Source: Tubiluchus corallicola
Lineage: Eukaryota; Animalia; Priapulida
NCBI GenBank assembly: GCA_030141605.1
Contig: JAQGDQ010000244.1
Location: forward strand, 248,001-312,000
DNA length: 64,000 bases
Direction: 5' to 3'
The notes beneath the pieces were generated by a model. It was not told where the DNA came from and did not search any database. It saw nothing but the letters and a program-made list of their open reading frames with translations. Shown piece by piece: positions 47,500 to 61,615 of the stretch; position 1 is the stretch's first letter, and each line of letters begins with the position of its first letter. The position numbers and the translations under genes were made by a program.

Positions 47500-48266
47500 T
47501 AGGTTTTACATGTCAAATGTAGACCTGCGTTAACTCAAATGTAGATTTAGGTTATTCAAATGTTTCTTGGTAACTCAAACGTAGACTTAGGTAGTTCAAA
47601 TGTGTTAACAATGGGTTTCAAGAAATCTTAAGCGCTTTTGGTAAGTCAAATGTAGACACATGTCAAGTCAAATGTGACATTGGTATCTCAAATGTGGATA
47701 GGTGGTAAAGTTTAAGGATGTTAAATTTAATCTTCTTTAATTTCAATTTAATAATTGCTCCTAAGTTAAAATAACAACTTTTTTATATTTTTCTAATTTG
47801 CACTTAATAACTTAATTGCCGATTTATTCAAAGTAATGCATCTACATTTGACTTACCTAAGTCGCATTTGAGTTACCAAAACACATTCGAGATTCCTATG
47901 TCTACATTTGACTTACCTAAGTCGCATTTGAGCTACCAAAACACATTCGAAATTCCTATGTCTACATTTGACTTACCTAAGTCACATTTGAGTTACCAAA
48001 ACACATTCGAAATTCCTATGTCTACATTTGACTTACCTATGTCACATTTGAGTTACCAAAACACATTCGAAATTCCTATGTCTACATTTGACTTACCTAA
48101 GTCACATTTGAGTTACCAAAACACATTCAAAATTCCTAAGTCTACATTTGACTTACCTAAATCACATTTGAGTTACCAAAACACATTCGAAATTCCTATG
48201 TCTACATTTGACTTACCGAAGTCACATTTGAACTTTCCTGTGTCTACATTTGACATGTAAAACCTA
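47500..48266. mobile_element. TA-flanked foldback-like element with a 60-bp tandem arm
   Basis: TIR TAGGTTTTACATGTCAAATGTAGAC; 60-bp unit x~7 at 47838-48240; partial copy at ~60995-61229. Confidence 0.8.
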
Positions 48267-48829
48267 TAGAGTGACCCCATCATGTCGTCGCTCAGGATAT
48301 GATACAATTGTGTCATTTCTTCGTACCAGCATGAAAGTTTTCACCTGGAAAGGATAAAAGAATGTCGTATAAGTAATCTATAGGATATAACCTATATTTA
48401 AATCATTTTTATCGACAATTGAAACATTTCTTTACACTTAAACTTAGAGAATATGGCGTTGTTTTTTGAATTTGAATTTAAGACAGTTCAATTACGTATT
48501 TCATTGATAAATTCGTTATGCTAATTAATGATGTTGTTACAATTCAGATTTTGAATACCTGTTAGAAAATTGTGAAACTGTCTTTGTGTTCGCCGCTTGC
48601 TTGACAATATATGAATTATGCAACCAATTGATATTTCATTACAAGATTATGCTACTTGTTGTAAACGAATAGCAAATTAAGTACTATATTAAAATAACAG
48701 TCATATCGTAGTATGTTAATTTCTGTAAAAGAAGCACTATATGTAACTTGAAATAACGGTATAATTTCGCGACGCAACATAATCTATTCTTGACAGAAGC
48801 TTCGTCTACCCTCAGAAATCCTGATCCGA

Positions 48830-49400
48830 CGTCCAGCGGGTAGAATTGAGGAGCTTGCGTATTTTAGGGCTCACAGGTTTTATGGAAGTGAATAATTCTG
48901 CGAAATGCACGATTACGTTTTCAGTTTTAGGGGCATTTCGTTTCCGTATGATTGTGACAAAGTTCTGGTGAGGACGTAACTAAGTTCACTGAGTGTTTGT
49001 ACTTCAAGTTACATATACATGCTACTTCATAGAAAGTAATTTTTCATCACAATTGTTATATCAGGTGGCGAAGAAAAAATCTGGCGAGTTTCGACTACAA
49101 TAATATTAAAATCGAGTGCCCTGCGAGGTTCAAGTATCACGGTTGATATTACAAGACATTACCTTTTGGCTGTGAATGTTACAAGTAATTTCTTTGAAAA
49201 ATATTACAATTGTTATATCTGGTGGGGCAGAAAAAATGTGCCGAAGTTTGGATTACGATAAAATGAGAAGCAAGTGCGCCCACAAAGTTGAAATTTCAAA
49301 GCTTGATACAACTGTATATTAGCTTTTAGCTGAGAAAGTTACCAGTTCATAATTTTAGTGGTTTCTAAGTTATAGCTAAAAAATTTTGTACATTAAAAAA
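48830..49400 (+). repeat. Dispersed repeat also present at ~51640-52050
   Basis: Shared tagaat.gaggagcttgcgtattttagggctcac..gttttatggaag and colinear downstream sequence. Confidence 0.7.
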
Positions 49401-50700
49401 TTAAATACCGTAACAATGTCAGCTACAGCATGAATTAAAAACAATGAAGTTGACGTAACAATCAAGCAGCAAAACAATCAAGAAATCCACCATTGTTTCT
49501 ACCACTAAAGATAACGTACTGATAATGATTTGTTACCAAGAAAAAATTGGATTTAACCCTGTAGTCTCAAACTCCAATCTCGAATACCAATCTGCCGTTT
49601 GATACAGAGGAACTAAAGACAAAACTGTTGATTTCACTAATATTCCTTATTCCTTATTGGACCAAATACTCCTTAAAGGGGTGAAAAACTTTGTCAGGTG
49701 TTGGAAGAAACGCTTTTATCTGGTATGCAGTGAAAATGCACCGTAATAGATGATTTAATTTCAAGCGATTTCATTGTGATCAAAACTTTGCCACGTTTTT
49801 GGGCCACCTAATATAAACCACGTATGAAATGTTTATATAACACTTTTAGAAAGTTGATATAGCTATTTCTGACATTGAAGTCTAAAAGTGGAACGAAAAA
49901 AAAACGAGTTTAGGAACAAAAATTTACTAGTAGTTCTACTTTGTGGAACCCCCGTTCATTTTGATTCATTATAATAAGTAAATACATTTATGTAATATGT
50001 GTAAGCGCATCTTAGTAACCATTACGTAATCGGTACTAAATTTTATAGCTTTTTCGTAGTTCTATATATAATTAGGAAACCATTTTCAGGCAATGCGTGA
50101 TCTACATTGTATCTTGCCGATTAAGCAGTTAGTCGACGCGATTACCAGTCAGTCTGACTTTTTTGTTAAGAATATCATAATTGATAAATTTGTGAGGATT
50201 GGTTTGGTAGAGCAGAAACGCTCAAGACGTTTACAAGAAATAGTAAAATAATTTTTGTAAAGTTTAAAAGTCTATTACGTTACGCATGCGTGATATGTGT
50301 TAGAAAATATTAGACAGTTCTTTTAATTATACTATTTGTTGTTTTGTAGAAATTACTCGGTAGTTTTTCTGACAAGAATGCTGCACTGTATTCACAGTCT
50401 CGTGCAATTAATAATTGTGTTTCGTTACAAAATTTACAATGTTCGTTGTGCACTTAAAACTAAAATACGCGCAATTATGATTAATACTAAATTTCATTAG
50501 TGAATATTACGAAACACTGTGTTTCATAATTGATCGAGTAAAAGTGCGTATTTTTGTTTTATTTTTTGAGAATGAGAATAAACTTTCTAAATTTATGCTG
50601 GATGGTTAGTGTCTGTGTAACTGGGGTTTAATGCATCAAAGATTCGTCTATTTTACGTATGTGACAGTGTACAGTGAGAGAAAGTTTTATAGCATAGATG

Positions 50701-51008
50701 CAGGGCGTATTTCAGCCTAAGCGAGGCCCGTGGGGCTTGTGAGGCCCCCTCGGGGGGTGCCGTGCGCCACCATGGTTGACGGCCAGAAAATTTTTGAACT
50801 GCTAGAACGCCGGAGAAGCATTTTCAAAGAGAAAATATGGAGTCATACAGTTGTAAAAGGAAAGAACAATTGAAAGAAAAACTGCTTTATTCTCAAGACC
50901 TGTCCTTAATACTTGTCAATACTCACAAAAACAACATCGCAATAGTAATACCGTCACTGTACAAGAGGTGTGAAATCATTGAAAACGTGAACATGGCAGC
51001 GCGCGAGG

Positions 51009-51085
<77 letters not shown>

Positions 51086-51190
51086 GCAGTATGTTCGCAT
51101 AAAGCAAAAAAAGTTACCTTGGCGCGAGGCCCCCTGGAGGTTGAGGCCCCGGGGAAGTATCCCCACTTTCCCCCTCTGAAATAGGCCCTG
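50701..51190. mobile_element. hAT-type MITE containing (GA)n
   Basis: CAGGGCGTATTTCAG/CTGAAATAGGCCCTG; TSD catagatg/cacagatg. Confidence 0.8.
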
Positions 51191-52181
51191 CACAGATGAT
51201 CCCGGTCGAAATTCAATGCACGGATTGCGAAATTTGGAAATAAAATTGACAAATTCCAAGCAATACTATTTTAAAGGGAAAGAAAAGGGAAAATGAATGC
51301 CTTCAAAAACCTTCCACCTCTATTACTTTGAATTAAGCCTTACATATGTAATTGAAAAAAAAGATTCTTAGTAATTTAAAATATTCGTGCCACTGGCTCA
51401 TCAAAGAGCACATTATTTGAAAATATAAAGTAAAAAATACTTTTGCTTAGTTGAGTAGTTGAGTGAAGAGTGTGTCACGAATGCTCTTATTTTTTTCAAG
51501 TTTTACGTAATGATACCTAAACTTGTTTCAAAATGGCTGCGAATTACGGTCATTGTGGGAGTTTAGATGTACAAGTTTTATAGAGTCCTCATAACCCCTG
51601 ATCCAACTCCCCCCTCACCCCCCCCCCCCGGCCCGCGGATAGAATCGAGGAGCTTGCGTATTTTAGGGCTCACCTGGTTTTATGGAAGCGAAAGATTCTG
51701 CGTAATACAAGATTACATTTTCAATTTTAGGGACATTTCGTTTTCGTGTGACTGTGACAGAATTCTAGGGAGGACGTAACTAAGGTTACTGAGCGTTCTT
51801 GCTTCAAATTACATGCACAAGTAACTTTACAGAAAGTAACTTTTTTCATCATTATTATATCGGATGGCGCAGAAAAAACGTACCGAAGTTCCGACTACAA
51901 TAATATTAGAACCAACTGCCACACAAAGTTCAAATTTCACAATGTGATGTTACCATACATTGGCTTTGGGTGGTCAAAGCTAGTAGTTCACAGCTTTCGT
52001 GGTTTCAAAGTAACGGCTAAAAAACTTTTACTGCAAACACAAACTCTAGATGCAATAAGACAGTATGTCAGTCGTACAGAATTTGAAGACGACTTTTTTA
52101 GCTTTATTTATGATGAGCGTTTTGTTGTCTTTTAGGAAATTCATTGTGAACTGGTCTTTCTGTCAAACTATTGTAGTTGAT

Positions 52182-52440
<259 letters not shown>

Positions 52441-53287
52441 ATTTTATTACTGAAAATCAAATTTCCAACACGAAAATTACAAACTCGACGCATACCCGAT
52501 GGTTTTATCAGCGGGCAGAACTCGGGTAATGATTTCCAGATCATACTAACAATTTGACTTAACATAGCTGCACAAGGTATATACACAGATATACAAATTT
52601 AGTTGTAAACTCTATGAAGTGAAAATAACTATTTACTAAGCATTTGTACACATGTGATAAACAAATATTTTACCTATATGATAATCACAGTGATGCGGTT
52701 ATATGTCCGCTAACAAAGCTATACTATTTAATTCAAAAATCTATGCATACAGTCGTAAATGAAATTTCCAATCGATATTAATTCTCCTTCAAATAAATTT
52801 GCAATATTACTATAATTTAACGAGTACAGTGATCTATAAAGTGCATTTCATGGCACTAGCACAATCTAAAGCATCCCAGACCACGAAGTAAACAGCAGAG
52901 CACAATAAGTGATTTTTTTTGGAAATTACATTTACTAATTAATCACTAAAGTAATTAATCACCACTCGTTAGTAATTTGTGTGACGTGCGTTTCACGTGT
53001 TTGGGCTACACCATTAAGTTAGTATGATCACTGTCAGTTACACCTGCCCGAGTTTTACTCGCTCCAATGACTCTGGTCTGGTTGTTACCATCAACGTAAA
53101 ATTTGGTTAGCGCGATCATGAGAGGTCACATCTGATCTGCTCGTCAGTCATTACTCTCAGACGGACACTTTCGCTTCAAAAATGCTCTAGAAATGGTTAC
53201 AGGACTTTGTAGAATTGGGCAAGTTTTCATGTAGAAAGTCGTTTAGGCTTGGGTGGCAAAGTGCGTTTCTTAGTTGATGAACGAGCC

Positions 53288-53351
53288 ATGAACATTATGA
53301 CTAACTGCCGTCTTAGCCTCGTATTTTTTACTAGTTTCTATACAGCAATAG
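53288..53351 (+). CDS. Candidate first coding exon (signal peptide) of a gene running out of the window
   Basis: gccATG; MNIMTNCRLSLVFFTSFYTAI + G|gtaagt. Possible partner acceptor tttcag at 63986 (ctgac branch-like motif) would continue VLCTS. Confidence 0.35.
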
Positions 53352-54807
53352 GTAAGTGTTCAGTCACGTTTTGTCACCTTTTATAATTACGTTTTAGCTT
53401 TCAGTTCGCAAGTCATCAAACATGTTCATGTGTCAGAATCGAGATTCGCAATAACCGAGATCTTAAGCCAATTAGATTAGATTAAACTCGTTTTTTTCCG
53501 CGTAGAGCCATTCAAAAACATAAAAAAAACATTACGTCACACTACAATAAAATACTACAATGAAAGCTGCACTAAAGATACTACTGTATACAGTCAGTAA
53601 ATAGGCATTCGCACGTATCAGGCTTGACGATTGTTATTTGTTGAAGACTGTTATTCCACATCTTAAAATAACAAGATTGTATAATTCGTACGGAATTGAC
53701 AATATCTGGTAGATGTTTATTGTTCACAAGTTCTAGTAATCGTTTTCTTATACTGTATAATGTCTTATACTACTTATATTTTCTTATATTCTAACTGGCT
53801 TTATTACAAAAACGTGAAAAATGTGGCAATGATAAATTTGCACACGTGTCAGAAATGCAGGGTAGAGAAAACAGAGCCAAGAAATTGACCCAAAACTCGC
53901 TTAAAAGCAAACTGTAGGCCTGTGAATTTCTACATTTGGTTTCGTAAAAGTTTTTATAGGCCTAAAGAAAAGAATCAACATCAAACTTTCAAATTTAATT
54001 CTGCGCGCATCTCGGATAATGTTTCCCAATCATCTGCAATGAACGCAAAGATTTGAGAAGACTTTTAGGAGACTTCGAAATTTTCAACCATAACTTGTAA
54101 AACGTGCATTAAAAAGAATTTTTTAATATAATCAAAACCATTTTTAGTACAGTGATTTGTAGTCAGCAAATGGAATTTTTTATCAGCAAAGTTCTTCGAT
54201 ATTTTCTTTTTGAAGAGAAATTTAAACCCTTGTCATTTTCGTACGCATTAATTTTATTTACAGCTTTACAGAAGCTGTTTCTGTTTAGTTTAACCTCAAA
54301 AGTTTAAGTGGCCAGCGTTCACACAAATTTTTTCTCTGTGAAGTTATAACAGGTTCGCTTTTTAACGAAATGGGTCTACTATAACAGACCTGCTAGTTTT
54401 TGACGTACACATGTACACAACCTTCAGTTATATACAGTAAACCTGTACCAATCGCAGACAGATGTTAGTAGAAAAGAATTAAGATAGAATAAATTATATT
54501 AGATCTGTACAACAGGCAGTTCAAGGCAGACTACAATTTGCAAGTACATGATATCAGTCATAGGGCCATAATCTACCCGCGTTTGTCACTACAGTATAAT
54601 AAATACCTCTTGTACTATTAATATACTTAGGTATCTGTATATACCTAAGAATATTGAAGCATTGAAACTATTAAATTCCCACTGACATTGCAAGCTTCCA
54701 ATTTCTGAGAAGAGCAAAAGTTCCTACAATTACGTAGAAGACGAACTCACCGCGACCGCTATCCCCGTTCCCAAGAATCTGCAAGCTAAGTGAGGATGCT
54801 AAACGAA

Positions 54808-54813
54808 GAATAA

Positions 54814-54870
<57 letters not shown>
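54808..54870. repeat. (TC)n microsatellite
   Basis: Direct reading. Confidence 0.95.
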
Positions 54871-54874
<4 letters not shown>

Positions 54875-55992
54875 ACATTAATGTTTATAAAGTTTCTGCT
54901 TCCATTAAAGAATCAGTTTTCCTTGAAACTTGGCTTGGCTAATGTATATATGTGGAAAATTTCAGACTTGACGTCAACAGAGGATTATTTGCGCGCTCAG
55001 AAATAAGTTTAATGCTTGCGAAACTTCTGCACACCTCGTTGGAGATGTTGATGGAGCTAGGAACAAAACTTTATTTCATCTTTCTTCATCTCCATACGTC
55101 GAGTTATGCAACTTCGATTTAACTGCTAACCACTCACTATGGGTCTTGCTTGCGAAAATGCTATAGCCAAAATACTAAGTACTAGAATATACATAATGAA
55201 CGCAGTAGCGAAATTTGGACCCGTGTATATGAAGCGCTGGATTACAGTTCGTCTTTGGAAATTAGGTTTTAGTACTAATTAGTACTTTTACTACTAGTTT
55301 TAGTACTTTTTTGAACAAAAAGGATAATGCTGCCCTAGTGAATGTACCTACAGAGCTAATTTCTAAAATTACTAAAGGAACTTTCTTAAACATGAAAAAT
55401 CACACACTTTACAGGTCACTGTCAGTTTTACATGTTGCGTAAAAACCTAAATTTGTGAGAATCTGCTTTAAGACGCAGCGAATTGACATGTATCTTGTGT
55501 CGAAATCCGGCACTGCGTTTAGAGGTTTGGGGAGGGGTACAATAACATAACACTGGGCGTAGTGGCGATACATCGAAGACCCAGGCTTATTAGACCTTGA
55601 AAATGAAACATCAAAATTTAATGGCATCGGCTAAGCAATAAACGTTTGGTGTTATAGAGGTTATATTATAGTTAAGATTAACCTCACGCAGTTCACTGTT
55701 ACACGTTACGTGACTACATGTTTTGCTTAACAATTGTAGCATTTGCTTAACCGCTAGTCATAGATACTTATTGTTGAGAATTCAACCTGCAATTGGCTTA
55801 TCATTAGTGATGCAAGTAATGTTGAAGGTGATTTATGACTGAAATGACGTCCTTGAGCTACATGCGTACTTGGGCTATCATAGGGCCTAATGTAGCGTTT
55901 TTTCAATTTAGCAAAACAATTTAATTTACTCCCTATAGCGTAACTGTGTAAAAATGTACATAAATTTGATTTATGGAACAAATTGCTTTCAG

Positions 55993-56566
55993 ATGCTATT
56001 GTAGTAACCAAGCTATCTTAAGCATCTTTTTCACAATCTTGCATATGCTATTGTAGTAACCAAGCTATCTTAAGCATCTTTGTGACAATCTTGCATATGC
56101 TATTGTAGTAACCAAGCTATTTTAAGCATCTTTTTCACAATCTTGCATATGCTATTGTAGTAACCAAGCTATCTTAAGCATCTTTGTGACAATTTTGCAT
56201 ATGCTATTGTAGTAACCAAGCTATCTTAAGCATCTTTGTGACAACCTTGCATATGCTATTGTAGTAACCAAGCTATCTTAAGCATCTTTTTCACAACCTT
56301 GCATATGCTATTGTAGTAACCAAGCTATCTTAAGCATCTTTTTCACAACCTTGCATATGCTATTGTAGTAACCAAGCTATCTTAAGCATCTTTTTCACAA
56401 CCTTGCATATGATATTGTAGTAACCAAGCTATCTTAAGCATCTTTTTCACAACCTTGCATATGCTATTGTAGTAACCAAGCTATCTTAAGCATCTTTTTC
56501 ACAACCTTGCATATGATATTGTAGTAACCAAGCTATCTTAAGCATCTTTTTCACAACCCTGCATAT
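55993..56566. repeat. 52-bp minisatellite, ~11 copies
   Basis: Unit atgctattgtagtaaccaagctatcttaagcatctttttcacaa(t/c)cttgcat. Confidence 0.95.
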
Positions 56567-57105
56567 ATTTCAATGTCTCGAGGTTACCGGTTGGCAAATC
56601 CAGCCAGTCGAATTGCTGTCTTTCATTTTATTAGCAAAGCAACGTTGGTAAACTATAATAGCTGCTAGTAAAATACGTAGCGAAATTGTTTAAAAACAGT
56701 TTGAGTTTTGTAATTTGGTTTATAGAAATAAACTGAGCATAAAAATCAAGAGATTTGTAACGAGTAATTTTTACAGACACTGTAAATTATAAATTTACAT
56801 GATTTGTCGTTGCTGCAGGCCGTCCTATTGTTAAACAAGTTTATTGAATAACTTATTCTTATTGTAATTGTATCGCAAAACTAAAATCTGTGTTAGTGAT
56901 TACAGCCGCTCAGCCAAGCAGAATAATTTGGTCATTCTGAACACGACTAAGAAGTAGTTTTACGCTCCTACGACTGACCCTGAAATAATTGCATAAGCAT
57001 TGTTTAATAGTTTAACTAAGACAAGCTTCATCCATGCTTTTATCGCACAGGCAGCCTAGTTAAAAAAATATTGGGGGGGGCATCTTCAAGCCAAGAGCCT
57101 GTACG

Positions 57106-58149
57106 CAGGGTCGAATTATGACGTTTTGGGACCCTGGGTTAATGAAATTATGGCACCCCTCAGACGGAACCACCCCCTAACTCGCCCGCACCTGTCTTGA
57201 ATATTTTTTACTTTTAATATATTTTAGCGAGATTTATAGCTTGAAGTAGCCATCGCAACTGATTTAAAGGAAAACCGAATGATTGTTTAGACTCAATCTC
57301 ATTTTAATTTACTGACCAAAATATACATTTTCTTGCCTATAAAAGTCAGCACTTGTTCCTTATATTTGAATAATTAGCTTGGAAAGTTAATTAACGGCAA
57401 CCGAGCACGTGTTGTTTACGTCAGAAACTAACCACAGTTTGTGCAATTGCAGGCGTCTTTCTTCCATTGCGCGTCAAGGACATTTGCGTAGGTGTCACAG
57501 TACTGCTTAAATGCATGATGTCACGAAAAATGGGCTTTACATCATATGACGTCAGAAACTAACCACATTTTGTGCAATGGCAGGCGTCTTCCTTTGCGCG
57601 TGAAGCACATTTGCATAGGTGTTACAGTACTGCTTAAACGCATGATGACACGAAAAATAGGCTTTACATCATATGACGTCAGAAACTAACACTACAGTTC
57701 GTGATCATGCTTATCACGGTACAGCCTTCTATTTCTCGGCCACGCGAATGTGACAAAAAGGCGTCACTGCCAATCTTGGTAGATTCACTGAGCCGTGCGT
57801 AGCTTTGAAAGTTTAACGAAATTTGAGTATCCGAGGTAATTATTATTTAATCTAAGCTTTGATTTAAAATAAGCTATTGTAGTTTTCAATATTTCAGAGC
57901 ATTCTTTATTCTGAACTCATGTTTACACAATCATCCGGTTTTCCTTTAAATAAACAAGAATGGCCGTCTTGTTTATCAATAAAAATGTTCTTTAAACAAT
58001 ACCACTATTTTGGTATTTATTGCAAACCAAATTAGCACATAATTCAACACAATCAGTTTGTGTGAAAAACTGATTTTTTTACCAAATGCTTTGTTACCGC
58101 AAGGGCTCTGGGATGCAGCCTATAGTAGCTACAGGATAATGCAGACCTG
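57106..58149. mobile_element. hAT-type MITE hosting a nested Kolobok-like MITE
   Basis: CAGGGTCGAATTAT/ATAATGCAGACCTG ends; TSD cctgtacg/cctgtaca. Confidence 0.65.
57268..57945 (-). mobile_element. Kolobok-like MITE family A with internal ~138-bp duplication
   Basis: TTAA|AGGAAAACCG...CGGTTTTCCT|TTAA. Confidence 0.85.
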
Positions 58150-59147
58150 CCTGTACAGTTAGGTTCGAACTTCTATAATACGAATTTTTATACTTGTTTG
58201 AGAAGTTTCAACAGTTTCACATTTTTGTGTGCGCATTTGTGCATGTAACCCTAAGTATGAAGGTTATTATAACCTCACTGTAAAAAATAAGCACCATTTC
58301 ATTGTTGCAAAGACGACAAAGTTGAAAATTTAACTAACGATTCACAGATTATAGCTAAAACCAAAGAACGTGATTAATAATTAATATAACTCAATTATTT
58401 TAAGCAACGCTACGTGAGATTTGCAATAGCACCAATTTCTTGGTAACGAATGTTGTTGTTTATTGTTAGTATTAAATAACCTGGGCATTCGTGAGCCTAA
58501 TTGGCGTCACAGATTGGCAGTGACCATAACATCATGAACGCCTCGTGATTTCGATAAATGGGACAATACGACGGCTAACGACATACATATTACAGTACAC
58601 GCAAAACATGTAATTGTATACAGAGATTAGTGTTGTAAAACCCGATGTTATGTTTATGAGTTCTCTGTGTTTGTGACCATGAAACGTCAACAAAGCACAA
58701 TAACTAAACCACGTTGTAGCGGGGCGGCATGCGTAACCAAACTCACTTACATAATCGCGTCACAGCTCTTAACTTTTTACGCTGATCTGATTTTCCTTCG
58801 AAACTTGAGGTGTGTTCACGCTGCTGCGGGGTATGCGGTTGTCCGGTTTATCTGGTTCTGTGACACAGTGTTGACGTCGACGATGCGATAAGAAGTTGCC
58901 CAGTTGAAACATGCTCTATTCGAACATAGACTAAGTCATTCCATAGCTGTAATAAGTGATCTATGCAAAACTAAGATTACTGTTGACTTAAATACTTGAA
59001 TGAGCATGTTTATTGAGCGACGATCGTTTCGGCTACTGTAGTCATTACGAAACTATAAATCAATGCAGAAAAGAAGAATAGATTGGAAATTAAATTATCA
59101 AAATAAACAAGGTTATGATGGAAAAAATAATTTGTTCTTTTTTATTT

Positions 59148-59677
59148 GTCTCGGAAGACAATGGAGTGTGCGCCAAGAGAGTCAGTTATTGATCACATTG
59201 ATGGAGCTGCAGCGTCGACTGTGGCTGAGCAGTCCGATCCTTGAACGTCTCCAGAGCAAACGCCTGGGCAAGATGTAGGGAGATCCTGAGTTGCCCAGAC
59301 AACAGGATCCCCTCTCTCCCTCCCAGGTGTAGTCCAAAGGAAAGCGGAGCGATACGTTTGGCACCAGGTTGGCTACAGGAGCTGCCGGAGTCAGTGAACA
59401 TGCTGCACTGGTCGGCCTTCGGAGCCCCCACTCCTGATTTGGAAGGTTTACTCCTCTACACATGGCTGTTGGGTCACTTCACCTCCTCCGCCCTCTAGCT
59501 GTTGGCCGGTTGTACAGCTCCTCCGCCTAGTGTCGAGATACACTGTTGGCATCCCGCAAGCCTACAGCACCTGGTATTGCTAGGCGGTCACCCATCGAAG
59601 TACTAACCAGGCTCTACGTTGCTTAATTTCGGTGATCAGACGAGAACCGGTGTTTTCAATGTGATTTAGCCGTAGTC
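59148..59677 (-). mobile_element. 5S-rRNA-headed SINE-like element (SINE3 type) with RTE-like body and 3' end
   Basis: GC-rich island: 5S head, ~410-nt body ending GGCGCACACTCCATTGTCTTCCGAGAC, then A-rich sequence. Confidence 0.65.
59558..59677 (-). rRNA. Full-length 5S rRNA-like sequence (probably a SINE head or pseudogene, not a functional gene)
   Basis: 120 nt: GACTACGGC...CCGGTTCTCGTCTGATCACCGAAATTAAGC...TTAGTACTTCGATGGGTGACCGCC...GTGCTGTAGGCTT. No oligo-T terminator follows. Confidence 0.8.
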
Positions 59678-60589
59678 ACTGTACATTTATTGTTTAAGAA
59701 ATAGTACCAGTTGGCTATATTTGGTATAATGAGATTTACATGCTGCAAAGTCTATTAACCTGCTTAAGAAACAACCAGAAATCAAAGCAAAAAGCTTCTG
59801 CTTTGTTTAGAAGACGAACTGCAGCCTATGGAAAGGCGCACAGAGTCATTCTAACCTGGGTCAGTAGTAACAGATTTACGCTTTATTGGTTAGGGCAGCT
59901 AGCGTCTCTCCAGACCACGCCAAGGTGACCCAGTAACCGCGTTAAAAAACCTTGAGTGGACGCTGATTTGCAAGGTTGTAAGGTTGTAACTTTCCCTTTA
60001 TGTTGACCGCCTGGCAAATTTCGTTACTTTCAGCTCAGCTCTACCGGAAATAAAAAAGCAGATGTTGACCAACCTTTAACATACGAAAAACAGAATTAGA
60101 AATCATCTCCTTGTTAAATAAAAACTACGCAAAGGATTGATTGATTGATTTAATATTTTATTTCAAACTTTACAAAGTTCGTATACATAATTTTACTATG
60201 GATGTATTGCAGTATGTTGTGTTTATTCTATAATTCTTGACTTCACATTTTAATGTTAACATTTCTTATTTTTAAAATTTAATATGCTTAATTTCAGCGT
60301 AGATATATTATTTCTGTGTTTTATTTATTTTAAAGTACTTTTCCTAAATCCCTATTTTTAACAATAGAAGTTCTTGGTTTTTAGTAATTAATATGCTAAT
60401 TTTACTGTGGATGTATTGCAATGTGTTGTGTTTATTTTATAATGCTTTTTTTTTAATTTTTTGTTTTTCATTTACAAACATATTTTTGTTTTTAGTAATT
60501 ACTAACCACACTTGGAGTGTAATGGAAATAACGTTATGTTTTTACATATCCATGTAAAAATATCTATTCTATTCTATTATACACATCAC

Positions 60590-61615
60590 AAATAAATACA
60601 TAAAATACAATAAATTATGGCTTACAATAATAATACAAATAACGATTAACGATATAACAAACTTCGTTACTCACATCTAATCACAGAAGTAAAGTTTGCA
60701 TCATTGTTTAAAATGTTCTTTCATATAAAATTCTCACGCTTATTCAGCCTGACGTGTAAACTGTATGCACATTTTCTCTGAATCACATCAAATAAGATTA
60801 AGTCTAGTAGAAATATATCTGGCGCTCGTATCGCACAAAAATTAAAAAGCTTTCATGCTGATTAGTATAATTATGTCACCTTGAGTATGCTGAGATTGTA
60901 AGAATAAAAACGTCTCCAAGTGGACATATAAAAATTGATGCTGCCGATAGCACCATGACCGTAAAACATTATTTTAATTTGGTATTATCTTTTTGTAATT
61001 TGCACTTGAATAAATTAATTACCGATTTATTCAAAGTAATGCATCTACATTTGACTTACCTAAGTCACATTTGAGTTACCAAAACACAATCGAAATTCCT
61101 ATGTCTACATTTGACTTACCTAAGTCACATTTGAGTTACCGAAACACATTACAAATTCTTATGCCTACGTTTGACTTACCTAAGTCACATTTGAACTTTC
61201 CTGTGTCTACATTTGACGTGTAAAACCTATACAATAAAAAGTAGTGCAGTGAGCATTAAACAATTGTCTTTTGACGTCAACGGAACAGTGACTAAATTTC
61301 ACGAGTAATTTATTAGCTCTCCCGTACTAAATTGAACATCGTCGTAATATATCTAAATCATCTCTATTGTCTTCTGATATAATATGAGCCAGATATTTTT
61401 CTTTTGTACTAAGTACAAAACTTTTACACTGCAGAACAACAGACCCAAAAGTAAACTGCTGTACGTATACAGAGAGAAATGCAACACGTTTAGTCTTATT
61501 CACATTTACACGAATATCATATTTTTTTAGCAAATTTATTAAAAATATCTAGCATTTTTTACAAAGCTGTCGTGGTTATTGCCAAAAAAAACAAATGTCG
61601 TCAGCGTACATCAGA
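60590..61615 (-). mobile_element. Old LINE fragment related to LINE 1, split by a foldback-element fragment
   Basis: Minus-strand MYADD, EKYLAHIISEDNRDDLDI, KFSHCSVDVKRQLFNAHC and MSTWR match the 22613 ORF. Confidence 0.75.

Noticed and set aside
59558-59677. Functional 5S rRNA gene
   Set aside because: Solitary, with substitutions in the control boxes, no oligo-T terminator, and fused to a retroelement-like body.
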